DNA from: a virus
Taxonomy: Duplodnaviria > Caudoviricetes
Length of the DNA stretch: 64,000 nt
Direction: 5' to 3' (one strand)
Virus record (IMG/VR): IMGVR_UViG_3300034061_004392
Span: 1,773-65,772 of that record
Of this stretch, positions 10,572 through 19,194 are shown piece after piece. The position numbers and the translations under genes are program-made. The notes under the pieces are model-generated. The model searched no databases. It was not told the DNA's origin and was given only the letters and a program-made list of their open reading frames with translations. The number at the start of each line of letters is the position of its first letter. Position 1 is the stretch's first letter.

Positions 10572-11297
10572 ATGGCCTTGCCAAAAATAGACACACCAAT
10601 TTACGAACTTGATTTGCCGTTATCTGGAAAACACATTCGTTTCAGACCATTTCTAGTTAAAGAACAAAGAAACTTACTGATGGCGTTAGAAGCAAATGAT
10701 GCGGATACTATCGAACAAAACATTCGTCAGGTATTACATAACTGCACATTGACTGAAGATATTGATATCGAAAAACTTCCAATTACTGACATTGAGTTTT
10801 ACTTTTTAAATCTTCGTGCAAGATCAGTAGGTGAAGTTGCTGAAAACAAATACCGCTGCAACAATGAAGTTGAAGATAAAGAGTGCGGCAATATTATGGA
10901 AGTTAACATCAATCTATTAGATATACAAGTAGAGAAACCTGAAGGAATATCAGACACGATCAAGCTGACAGAGAACATAACAGTCAAGCTGAAGTATCCA
11001 GAGTTTTCTATTGTAAGAGAAACAAAGAACACAAAAGACATTTCAGAGTTTGCATTGAAGATGATTGCTGATAGTATTGAATACATTCATGATGGCGAAC
11101 AGTTCTATTATGCAAAAGAAGCAGACCCAAAAGAGTTACAAGAATTTGTTGATTCATTGAACCAACAGCAATTCAGTAGATTGGAAGAATTTTTCAATAA
11201 CTTACCAAAGCTAGAAAAGACTGTTGACTTTACATGTAACAAATGTGGTTACGAACATAAACTAGAGATTGAAGGACTCAACAATTTTTTCGTATAA
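10572..11297 (+). CDS. Baseplate hub assembly chaperone gp26
   Basis: MALPKIDTPIYEL.LP; RPFLVKEQ; LRARSVGE; CxxC; ends EGLNNFF. Confidence 0.92.
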   Translation: MALPKIDTPIYELDLPLSGKHIRFRPFLVKEQRNLLMALEANDADTIEQNIRQVLHNCTLTEDIDIEKLPITDIEFYFLNLRARSVGEVAENKYRCNNEVEDKECGNIMEVNINLLDIQVEKPEGISDTIKLTENITVKLKYPEFSIVRETKNTKDISEFALKMIADSIEYIHDGEQFYYAKEADPKELQEFVDSLNQQQFSRLEEFFNNLPKLEKTVDFTCNKCGYEHKLEIEGLNNFFV

Positions 11298-11491
11298 GTT
11301 TTCGTCATGATACATTGCAGAACTACTACAAGACTAACTTTGCTTTAATACAACATCACAAATATAGTCTTGCAGAAATTGAGAATATGCTGCCATGGGA
11401 AAGAGATGTTTATGTCAATATGTTGATTCGTTATTTGGAAGAAGAAAATGAAAAAATAAAACAAAAACAATCACAGAGAACAAGTAGATGA
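11285..11491 (+). CDS. Baseplate hub assembly catalyst gp51-like, in the -1 frame of gp26 with no clear start of its own
   Basis: Not in ORF track. Reads FFRISFRHDTLQNYYKTNFALIQHHKYSLAEIENMLPWERDVYVNMLIRYLEEEN..., matching the gp51 motif NF.L.QHHKYSL.E.E.M.PWER..Y. TGA overlaps the next ATG. Confidence 0.85.
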   Translation, partial: FFRISFRHDTLQNYYKTNFALIQHHKYSLAEIENMLPWERDVYVNMLIRYLEEENEKIKQKQSQRTSR

Positions 11492-12990
11492 GTATATTAG
11501 GAAGTCTGTTAGGAACAAATTCTAACAGACCAGAACCATCAGAAACAATGCAGAACAATGCTGGAGGATTGATGAATAGATTCAATCCTCTTAATTTGGC
11601 TTCGGGAATGTTTGGCAAAAGAAAGCCAGGTGCTGCGGACAACTATGCCGGTTCATCTGATGGTATGAAGAAAGGATTGAAGAATAAAAAAGATCCTAGA
11701 TTTGTTACGAAATCAGTGACACCAGAAACGCCTGTGCATAAAGGTGAATCTGTTACCGATATTGCAGCAAAATTGTTTGCCTTATTTAAATCTTCTTTTG
11801 ATGAAGAAAATAAAGAAGAAAAAATAAAAAAGAATTCTGAAAAATCAATGGAAGCAGTTCGCAATAAGAGAAACAAAGAGTTAATCGCTGCTCTTACTGC
11901 TGAACCAAAAGATTTGAAAAAAGAAACAAAAGACATAAAGAAACAACAGGATCAAGTTAAAAAAGAAATACCAAAGCAACCTGCTGCACCCAAACCATCA
12001 GTAACAACAGCACCCAAGCCAGGAGCACCTGCTGGTGCTGCACCTAAAGGACCTGCTCCAGCACAACCACCTACCGCTGCTGCACCTAAAGGACCAACTC
12101 CTTCGGCAACACCTGCACCTAAGCCAGGACCGTCTGCTGCACCAGCACCGTCTGCTGGTCCTACAATACCTACAGGTACGGCAGCGAAAGTTGTTGTTGG
12201 TGGTACTGCTTTAGCTGGTACAACGGCAGCAATGGCTATGCCTTCTCCTGCTGTGGCAGATGTTATACAAAAGGCCGCAAAAACTGTCGGTGTTGATGTT
12301 GCTTTGATGTATGCAATGGCAAAGCAAGAAAGTGGATTTAATCCAAATGCAGCAGCAAAAACATCTTCGGCAAAAGGACTATATCAATTTATCAGAGGCA
12401 CTTGGAAATCTATGGTGGAAAAATATGGTTCAAAATATCCAATATTAAAACAAAGAGATGCTCTTGATCCAGAGGCAAATGCTTTAGCGGGAGCATTATT
12501 CATAAAAGAAAATTCAGATATTTTAGATCAAGCAAAAATACCAGTTAATGCTACAACTGTATATGCTGCTCACTTTTTAGGACCAGGTGGAGCAAAAACA
12601 CTACTGAAAGGTGATCCAAATAAACCTGCTGCTAGTGTTTTGCCTTCTGCTGCATCAGCAAATAAATTCATTTTCTATAAACCAGACGAAAAAACTAAAA
12701 AACCTGATACTAACAAACCAAGAACTATTCAAGAAGTTATTAATGTTCTTTTTGAAAAAGTAGGAAAGTATCAAGAATTATATTCAGTGGCGTTGAAAGA
12801 TTCGAATACGGGTAAAAGATTAGCAGAAGCTTCCACTGAAGGAAGAGATTTGAAAAAAGAAACAGCCTCAGCAGGAGGAACTGTCATAGTAAATCAAAAC
12901 AATAATATAGTAGCTACAGCAGATAAAGCAAGAACTATGACTGTACCTAGATCAGACGGGTCAAGATTCGTACAAGGAGCAACAACATAA
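11488..12990 (+). CDS. Tape-measure/hub-like virion protein with lytic transglycosylase (SLT) domain and Pro/Ala-rich linker
   Basis: SLT motifs AKQESGFNPNA, SAKGLYQFI..TW, YAAHFLG.GG; located at the gp29 position after gp26/gp51. Confidence 0.75.
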   Translation: MSILGSLLGTNSNRPEPSETMQNNAGGLMNRFNPLNLASGMFGKRKPGAADNYAGSSDGMKKGLKNKKDPRFVTKSVTPETPVHKGESVTDIAAKLFALFKSSFDEENKEEKIKKNSEKSMEAVRNKRNKELIAALTAEPKDLKKETKDIKKQQDQVKKEIPKQPAAPKPSVTTAPKPGAPAGAAPKGPAPAQPPTAAAPKGPTPSATPAPKPGPSAAPAPSAGPTIPTGTAAKVVVGGTALAGTTAAMAMPSPAVADVIQKAAKTVGVDVALMYAMAKQESGFNPNAAAKTSSAKGLYQFIRGTWKSMVEKYGSKYPILKQRDALDPEANALAGALFIKENSDILDQAKIPVNATTVYAAHFLGPGGAKTLLKGDPNKPAASVLPSAASANKFIFYKPDEKTKKPDTNKPRTIQEVINVLFEKVGKYQELYSVALKDSNTGKRLAEASTEGRDLKKETASAGGTVIVNQNNNIVATADKARTMTVPRSDGSRFVQGATT

Positions 12991-14552
12991 TGGCAACAAT
13001 ACAAGATTATAGAGAAGCCAGAAGAACTGGTTCAATATCTCTCACCAACTTAATAGCAAGAAACATTGCAGAAGGTGGTGGATTTGGATCAGTAGGTCAA
13101 GCAATATCACAAAAAATTAAAGCAAGAGGAACAAGAATCAAAGAAGCCTTTGATCCATTGAATATTGCAAGTATGCTTGTAGGTAGGTCTAAATTAGGCA
13201 CTGCGATTTTAGGTAGAATGATGGGTAGAGGTGCAGAAGATATTCAGTACTTTGCAAGAAAAGGTGCTGGCAGAGATGCAGCATATGATCCTTTTTTTGC
13301 TAGAAGTCCTCGTTCATTACAACCAGTAAGACAGAATGAAGGCATGGCAGACATATATGCCAAATTGTATGCTCTGATTAAAAAACAAATTGAAGAAGAA
13401 AACAAAAGAAAACAAACAGAAGAAAACTTCCAAGAAGAAAGAGAAATAGAAGATGATCGCCGACACAAAGAAATGTTGGTGGCGATTCGTGGTAAAGGAA
13501 AAGGAAAAGCAACACCAGTAGGTAAAAAAGAAGGTGGTGGATTGTTTGATTTAATTAAAGGAATGTTTTCTGGATTGACAGGCTTTTTAAACAATTTAAA
13601 AGAAGGATTAGTTTGGATGTTTGGTGCAATGAAACCAATAATCACAATGTTAGGAAAAGGTTTATTGGCAATTTTTGAGGCTATGATTGCAGCAGGAAAA
13701 TCATTTTTAACCTTCTTAGCAAGTCCTGCGGGATTTATAACTGCAATTGCAACCGCACAAATTGCTTCTGCTCTTAAAGGAACATCTGATGTAGAAACTA
13801 AAATTGAAAAGGCAGCAGAAAAAGGTGACATAGGAACAGTAACAACAGAAGTAATGAAGCGTCCTGCTGCTCAATCTGCTCTTGGTGCAGAGTTTCAAGA
13901 CCCTATGAAGTTTTCAGAAGCAAGAACCGAAACAAGAAAAGAACTAAAAGCAGCAGCAGATAAAGGTTCTCCTGAAGCAAAATCTGCATTACAGAAATTT
14001 GATAAAGAAGAACTTACAAGTAAATACGCCGAAGATTATTTGAGAAAAAAAGGATATGATGTTGATGAAGGTGGTGTTTATCTTGCTACAAAAAAAGGAA
14101 CAAGTACTTTAGGATTTGGTGGCGAAAAAGTATCAAGAAAACTTGCAGAAGAAGCTTTAACTTATGGTAGAAAAAAAGCTGAGTCAGAATCTAAAGTTAC
14201 TCCTGTACCAAAAAAGGCAACACCTTCACCTGAAACAAAAGGATCAGCACCATCTTCTTCTCCTGCGCCGGCGGCAGCATCGGCTCCTTCAGCAGCACCA
14301 GCAGCAGCAACACCAGCACCTTCATTACCTGCTACACCTCCTGTTGTTACTGCTACAGGACAAAATATGGAGTTAGAATCTGAGAGTATGTATACTATGC
14401 AATCAGCACCTATGATATTCAATAAGAGTGCAACAACTGGAGTAAATCTAGGTGGTCAAGACACTGGTACTGCAACTGGTGCTGCACCTATTCGTGATGA
14501 TGCAATTGAAGATATTATAAACAAACTTCAGCGTAGATCCTCTGTAATGTAA
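12990..14552 (+). CDS. Tape-measure/hub-like virion protein (paralog of the upstream gene)
   Basis: Helical, Ala/Gly-rich; shares a D(I)xAKL(F/Y)AL..K...EEE.K...R.KE(L/M) segment with 11488..12990. Confidence 0.55.
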   Translation: MATIQDYREARRTGSISLTNLIARNIAEGGGFGSVGQAISQKIKARGTRIKEAFDPLNIASMLVGRSKLGTAILGRMMGRGAEDIQYFARKGAGRDAAYDPFFARSPRSLQPVRQNEGMADIYAKLYALIKKQIEEENKRKQTEENFQEEREIEDDRRHKEMLVAIRGKGKGKATPVGKKEGGGLFDLIKGMFSGLTGFLNNLKEGLVWMFGAMKPIITMLGKGLLAIFEAMIAAGKSFLTFLASPAGFITAIATAQIASALKGTSDVETKIEKAAEKGDIGTVTTEVMKRPAAQSALGAEFQDPMKFSEARTETRKELKAAADKGSPEAKSALQKFDKEELTSKYAEDYLRKKGYDVDEGGVYLATKKGTSTLGFGGEKVSRKLAEEALTYGRKKAESESKVTPVPKKATPSPETKGSAPSSSPAPAAASAPSAAPAAATPAPSLPATPPVVTATGQNMELESESMYTMQSAPMIFNKSATTGVNLGGQDTGTATGAAPIRDDAIEDIINKLQRRSSVM

Positions 14553-14576
14553 AAACCCCGCACTAAGGCGGGGCTA
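14552..14576. terminator. Intrinsic terminator between convergent genes
   Basis: AAAAA-CCCCGC-ACTAAG-GCGGGG GC stem with an A-run, giving a U-tail on the minus strand, downstream of gp32. Confidence 0.75.
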
Positions 14577-14596
14577 AACAAGACCGTCTAGTCTGT

Positions 14597-15502
14597 TTAA
14601 TCTTCTGCTGCAAGCTTTGCAAAGTAGTTCATATCATCATCTTCATCTTCACCAACTGAAGGTGCTTTCACTGGAGCTTTCTTTGCAACAGGCTTCTCAT
14701 CATCTTCAGTTTGAAACATATGAGAACTATCTTCAACTGTAGTTCTTGGTGCAGCAGCACCTGCTAGACCTAGAACTTTATCCAATCGTGCTTTGATAGC
14801 ATCATATGATTTAAACTTGCTAGGATCAATCAACTCTTTGAGAGAGTATTCTTGCTTCCATACTTTTTCAAGTGCATCGTCATCATCAAGTAGTGCAGCA
14901 GGTGTATCAAACTCACACTTGTCATAGTTTTGATAACCATCAACTTTACGAATCTTAACTTTGAAGTTAGCACCTTTCCACAAATCAAATGGGTTCATTG
15001 GCTTCTCATCTTCAAACTCAGGATGCATAGCACCATTGATTTTATCAAAGATGCTCTTACCATATTTGAATAGAAAAACTTTACCGTTGTTTTCAGGACG
15101 CTTAGGATCTTCAACAACATAAATGTTTGAAATGTAAGTCAGCTTACGCTTTTGATCACGGGCAATCTTTTTGTTTGCTTCGATGCCTGAGTTCCACAAT
15201 TGTGTATTGTGTTCACAAACAGGACACTTTTCATTGAGTGTAGTACGGCAGTCATCAATAAGCCAACCACCAGGACCTTGAAAGCCATGACGGAACATTT
15301 TGACCCATGGGAGTCCATCTTCATCTTTTGGTGGTTCGGGAAGAAAACGAATGACTGCATAACCATTACCAGACTTATCTAGTTCAGGTTTCCAGTAATG
15401 ATCATCGTCGGAATTTGATTCTGAAGAAGTGTTGACTGCTTCTAGTGCTTTGGTGAGTTTGTCAAGGTTAGACGAACTCTTTTTGAGTTTTGAAAAATCC
15501 AT
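14597..15502 (-). CDS. Single-stranded DNA-binding protein gp32
   Basis: WKPELDKSGNGYAVIRFLP; HGFQGPGGW; CPVCE; FDLWKGANFK.KIRKVDGYQNYD; acidic tail YFAKLAAED. Confidence 0.97.
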   Translation of the reverse strand: MDFSKLKKSSSNLDKLTKALEAVNTSSESNSDDDHYWKPELDKSGNGYAVIRFLPEPPKDEDGLPWVKMFRHGFQGPGGWLIDDCRTTLNEKCPVCEHNTQLWNSGIEANKKIARDQKRKLTYISNIYVVEDPKRPENNGKVFLFKYGKSIFDKINGAMHPEFEDEKPMNPFDLWKGANFKVKIRKVDGYQNYDKCEFDTPAALLDDDDALEKVWKQEYSLKELIDPSKFKSYDAIKARLDKVLGLAGAAAPRTTVEDSSHMFQTEDDEKPVAKKAPVKAPSVGEDEDDDMNYFAKLAAED

Positions 15503-15572
15503 TAATATCTCCTAGTATAAACTTAGTATAAACGACTTGTCCACATACATCTCATTATATCATAGTATTTAG

Positions 15573-16061
15573 TCAGATAGCAAGAGCATCCAGTATCAAT
15601 CTCTTAGTATTGCCTAAATCTCTATGTAATATACCAATACCACCATTGTTAATGAATCCTTCTATAACATAGTCTGTATCATCAACAAGAATGGTATTGG
15701 CACCTTTGGCATAAGTACCTTTCAATCTGCTACCTGGAATAATATTTTGCTTGTACTTAATGCCATGATCTTGTAACCACTTCTGTTTTTGCTCTGTTAC
15801 TTCTTTGTGATATTTAGGTCCACCACTTGAACTTAGAATTTCAATATTGATGTTAGGAATAGAATCAACAAACTCTAGTAGTTCTTGACCACCTGGCCAC
15901 CATTCAAGTGTTGCAAAGTTACCACCTTGAATGAATGTTTCCCAATCTGAACTAAATTCTTTTTGATCTCTTGATTCATTTGGAGTCTTGTTAAACAATT
16001 CTTCAAATCGTTTTTCGAAGTTAGCTAAGACCCCATCCATATCTAGGTACAATGTTTTCAT
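15573..16061 (-). CDS. HAD-family 5'(3')-deoxyribonucleotidase-like protein
   Basis: YLDMDGVLANF; K..WL; ILVDD. Confidence 0.8.
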   Translation of the reverse strand: MKTLYLDMDGVLANFEKRFEELFNKTPNESRDQKEFSSDWETFIQGGNFATLEWWPGGQELLEFVDSIPNINIEILSSSGGPKYHKEVTEQKQKWLQDHGIKYKQNIIPGSRLKGTYAKGANTILVDDTDYVIEGFINNGGIGILHRDLGNTKRLILDALAI

Positions 16062-16642
16062 AAGTATTTCCTCACAATATCACGAAATTTTATTTTATCA
16101 TAAACAACAAACGGTGTATATTTTTTTATCTTTCTTTTCCAACTTGGCCATATTATATCATCATCAATTTTCTTCTCCCACATTGGCAAAAAGTTCATCA
16201 TGTCATTCAATATCACAACAGTTTCCAAAGTTACCTTATGTCTGAGTAATTCATCATATAGTTTTGGTGATCCAGATTTAACTGATATGAAGTCTTTGTG
16301 ATGATCAAACAAGTAACTTATATCATTTTCAAAGGTATATGTCAAGGACTGTTTTGTTTTTAGCCAATTTTTAAAATTATCTTCTGCTTCTGGTGTAAGT
16401 AATTCACCAACCCAATTGAAATCCTGGCATACAAAATTGGATACCAAAAAGTCTTTGCAATCTTCCAAAGAATATTTTCTGGATAATTTGTAGAAAGAAT
16501 ACTTGTTTTTATGTGTGAGAAAAGATTCTTTGGTACTATTGGTCTTGCCGTTATATTTGAAGTAATCGTAACTATCAGATATAAAATGCAATCTTAAAGA
16601 CTGATACATCATATAGACGGCGTATCCGCCATTTTCACTCAT
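16058..16642 (-). CDS. Helicase loader gp59
   Basis: Y..L.LHF....YDYFKYNGK; F.KLSRKY; LETVVIL; KY.PF. Confidence 0.9.
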   Translation of the reverse strand: MSENGGYAVYMMYQSLRLHFISDSYDYFKYNGKTNSTKESFLTHKNKYSFYKLSRKYSLEDCKDFLVSNFVCQDFNWVGELLTPEAEDNFKNWLKTKQSLTYTFENDISYLFDHHKDFISVKSGSPKLYDELLRHKVTLETVVILNDMMNFLPMWEKKIDDDIIWPSWKRKIKKYTPFVVYDKIKFRDIVRKYL

Positions 16643-17373
16643 AACGAAAATTCATTAAAAATAACATTGTTTGGCCAGTTATCCACAATATGAAACTGAG
16701 GACTGTGATTATATCCATCATCAGTTCTGTTTCCTTTTATTTGTAACCACAAAATAGGTTTGTTGTTCGGTGTAATACATCGAATGACTGTACCTCTAGG
16801 CATCGTAATATATTCACATTCTTCATTAATATAACGAATTAATTTTTCTGTGTCAATAATCTTTACATTTTTTGTTTTTTTATTTACCCAAACAATGAAG
16901 TTAATTTTTTCAGATTCTTTTAGATTTTCTACTAATAGCCTAGGTAATAAATTCTTATTATTTGAATCATTAAACCATTTTTCAACGACTTCCCATTTTT
17001 CAATATTACTACTTTTCAATCTTTGGTGTTTTATTTCGTATTTTGAAAGATTCTTATTTTGTTTCCATAAATCAAAAATAGTTTGATCATTATCTCCTAA
17101 CCACATTCTCAATTTTTCTATAATTTCTTGTGGTACATTCATTTTGACAGAAAATTTTTTTAATGTAGTTAAATGTATCTGTGTATTTTTTCCAGAGACA
17201 TTTTTGACAGAAAAAGAAATTGTGTTCTTTCCTTTTGTGCCTAGTATATCTATTTTTGTATTTGGACTACCAACAGAGGTTATTGTATCAAATTCAAATA
17301 ACCTAACAAGACGATCATGTAAATATGGATTGATTTCCATATTTCTACCATCATAATATTCTTCACTAGGCAT
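16639..17373 (-). CDS. Putative PD-(D/E)XK endonuclease (HinP1I/MspI-like)
   Basis: K-I-D...S-V-K...Q catalytic pattern and C-terminal LQIKG....G....QF; AT-rich; inserted between gp33 and gp59. Confidence 0.55.
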   Translation of the reverse strand: MPSEEYYDGRNMEINPYLHDRLVRLFEFDTITSVGSPNTKIDILGTKGKNTISFSVKNVSGKNTQIHLTTLKKFSVKMNVPQEIIEKLRMWLGDNDQTIFDLWKQNKNLSKYEIKHQRLKSSNIEKWEVVEKWFNDSNNKNLLPRLLVENLKESEKINFIVWVNKKTKNVKIIDTEKLIRYINEECEYITMPRGTVIRCITPNNKPILWLQIKGNRTDDGYNHSPQFHIVDNWPNNVIFNEFSL

Positions 17374-17385
17374 TATAAAATTCTG

Positions 17386-17607
17386 TTATAAAGGTAGTCT
17401 GTTTGTTTTCTTTAATTGATTGTTACCTTCTGCCTGCTCTCGTATTTTTGATTTGAGAGCAGGAGAGATTAGTGATGAGGCGACTTCAACTTCAAGTCCT
17501 GTTTGTTCACAATGATGAAGTATGGCATCTAAGTAGTCACAACTTATCTCACCTGCCATAGCTTCAATCATTAAACTAAATGTCTTAATTTCTTCTCTTG
17601 TGGGCAT
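17386..17607 (-). CDS. Late transcription coactivator gp33
   Basis: FS..IE......YLDAI..C....E.E....LIS..LK.KI..A...N.L.K..LPL. Confidence 0.9.
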   Translation of the reverse strand: MPTREEIKTFSLMIEAMAGEISCDYLDAILHHCEQTGLEVEVASSLISPALKSKIREQAEGNNQLKKTNRLPL

Positions 17608-18146
17608 TATGTTCTAGCATAAAAAATATGATTACCAATTCGCATGACTACACCACTCTTTTTCCATCCAGGATTGATGTAGGCTCCATGAAAATACATT
17701 ACATTATGTGCTGCTATTTTAGCATGAGCAATAGGTTCTGTCAATGCTTTTTTGGCAATATATTGTGCTTCTTCCCACAGATAGTGATTTTTATTTGTGT
17801 GAACTTTTTCACATACCCAACTGAACTGGCACAATATTTTTCCATTAATTCTATCTTTCTGATAGACAACACCACAGATGGTGTTTGGATATTTGTGCGA
17901 TTTCGTTCTGTTGATAGTAACTTGTGCTACGGCAAGTTTTCCTTCGAATGATTCTCTACCTGCTTCGTAATAGATGTTATTGGCAAGACACTCAACATCT
18001 TTAGCCATAACTTGTTTTGTTTCTGTAATTATTTCCTCCGCAACGACTTGGGGTACTGTTTCTGCAATTACAGAAACGGATAATAAGGCAGCAACAATTA
18101 ATAAACTAATTGTGGTGAATATAGCTGTGGCTTTATCTTTAAGCAT
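17607..18146 (-). CDS. Cell wall hydrolase (SleB/Hydrolase_2 family) with N-terminal membrane anchor
   Basis: CLA.NIYYEA..E..GKLAVAQVT.NR; P.TICGVVYQ; CQFSW; IGNHIFY. Confidence 0.9.
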   Translation of the reverse strand: MLKDKATAIFTTISLLIVAALLSVSVIAETVPQVVAEEIITETKQVMAKDVECLANNIYYEAGRESFEGKLAVAQVTINRTKSHKYPNTICGVVYQKDRINGKILCQFSWVCEKVHTNKNHYLWEEAQYIAKKALTEPIAHAKIAAHNVMYFHGAYINPGWKKSGVVMRIGNHIFYART

Positions 18147-18167
18147 TACTTCTCCTTAATAGTTAGA

Positions 18168-18185
18168 GGTGTGCCGAAGCACACC
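18168..18185 (-). terminator. Stable C(UUCG)G tetraloop hairpin
   Basis: GGTGTGC-TTCG-GCACACC on the minus strand after the 18195 ORF; a typical T4-like intercistronic hairpin. Confidence 0.6.
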
Positions 18186-18194
18186 CGTTCCCGA

Positions 18195-18467
18195 TCAGGT
18201 AGACTTTTTGCTAGTAGTCTTTTCTGTTGTGATGTTTGAAACGAACCCATTCAAAGACTGTGCTTTGTTAATGATGTCTGTTTCTGTGGGATATGATGGA
18301 TAAGGTGGATGATCAGGTATTGGTTGTCCGTTTAGTTTTGCGGACTCTACTTTTACATGCCACTCTTGTTGTAGGCGATCTTTATTAGAATGATATTCTT
18401 CTAACAAAAGTTCTTTCGCCATTCTTAAAAGTTCGAGGCGAATCTCGAACGGTGTGAGATTACTCAT
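18195..18467 (-). CDS. Conserved hypothetical phage protein
   Basis: PFEIRLELL.MAK...YP...II.KA..LN.FVS; strong AGGAG RBS. Confidence 0.7.
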   Translation of the reverse strand: MSNLTPFEIRLELLRMAKELLLEEYHSNKDRLQQEWHVKVESAKLNGQPIPDHPPYPSYPTETDIINKAQSLNGFVSNITTEKTTSKKST

Positions 18468-18557
18468 TTACTTCTCCTTATTGTGTGTTGTGTGTAATAG
18501 TGGGTTTTTGTAAAGGTACCCACTGAACCTTTAAAGTGCTGCAACCAGTACTATTAT

Positions 18558-18992
18558 TTAGCTATGGTCTGCTTTATATGCATCTAGTGTTTTCTTGAAC
18601 TTTCCTGCATGTGAGCGTTCTGCTTTTGCAAGTGTTTCAAACCAGTCTGCAATTTCATCAAAGCCTTCTTCACGGGCTGTTTTAGCCATACCAGGATACA
18701 TATCGGTGTATTCGTGAGTTTCACCTTCGATGGCAGATTCAAGAGCTTCTGCAACATTATTCACCTGCATTCCTGTTGCAGGATCGCCAGCGGAACCATC
18801 TAACAGATATTCCATGTGTCCGTGTGCATGTCCAGTTTCACCTTCTGCTGTATGACGGAATACCGCAGCAACTTCTGGTGAGCCTTCAATGTCGGCCATG
18901 TTTGCAAAGTAAAGATAACGGCGATTTGCTTGTGATTCTCCCGCAAATGCTTCTTTCAAATTCATTTCAGTTTTAGTTCCTTTGACTTTCAT
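18558..18992 (-). CDS. Rubrerythrin (ferritin-like di-iron protein)
   Basis: [20 protein letters not shown]; E..HA.GH; [40 protein letters not shown]. Confidence 0.95.
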   Translation of the reverse strand: MKVKGTKTEMNLKEAFAGESQANRRYLYFANMADIEGSPEVAAVFRHTAEGETGHAHGHMEYLLDGSAGDPATGMQVNNVAEALESAIEGETHEYTDMYPGMAKTAREEGFDEIADWFETLAKAERSHAGKFKKTLDAYKADHS

Positions 18993-19007
18993 TATATCTC
19001 CTAATTA

Positions 19008-19082
19008 TTAACGATTTGCAATGTAAAGAGTGATTTCAAATCCAAAACGCATATCGTTTGCTGAAGGTGTAGTCCAATTCAT
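19008..19082 (-). CDS. pqqA: Pyrroloquinoline quinone precursor peptide PqqA
   Basis: Not in ORF track. 24 aa MNWTTPSANDMRFGFEITLYIANR with W..P, RFGFE and the E-x-x-x-Y core; AGGAGA RBS. Confidence 0.93.
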   Translation of the reverse strand: MNWTTPSANDMRFGFEITLYIANR

Positions 19083-19126
19083 AGTAGTCTCCTAAAGGTT
19101 TAATCGCAACAAGTGTTACGACTGAA

Positions 19127-19156
19127 ATTATATATTAACTTAATTGGATTTGTCAA
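19127..19156 (-). promoter_or_regulatory. sigma70-type promoter for pqqA and rubrerythrin
   Basis: TTGACA-N18-TATAAT on the minus strand. Confidence 0.65.
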
Positions 19157-19194
19157 GTAGAGAAAATCATGATAATAGTCTACTGATAAAATTA

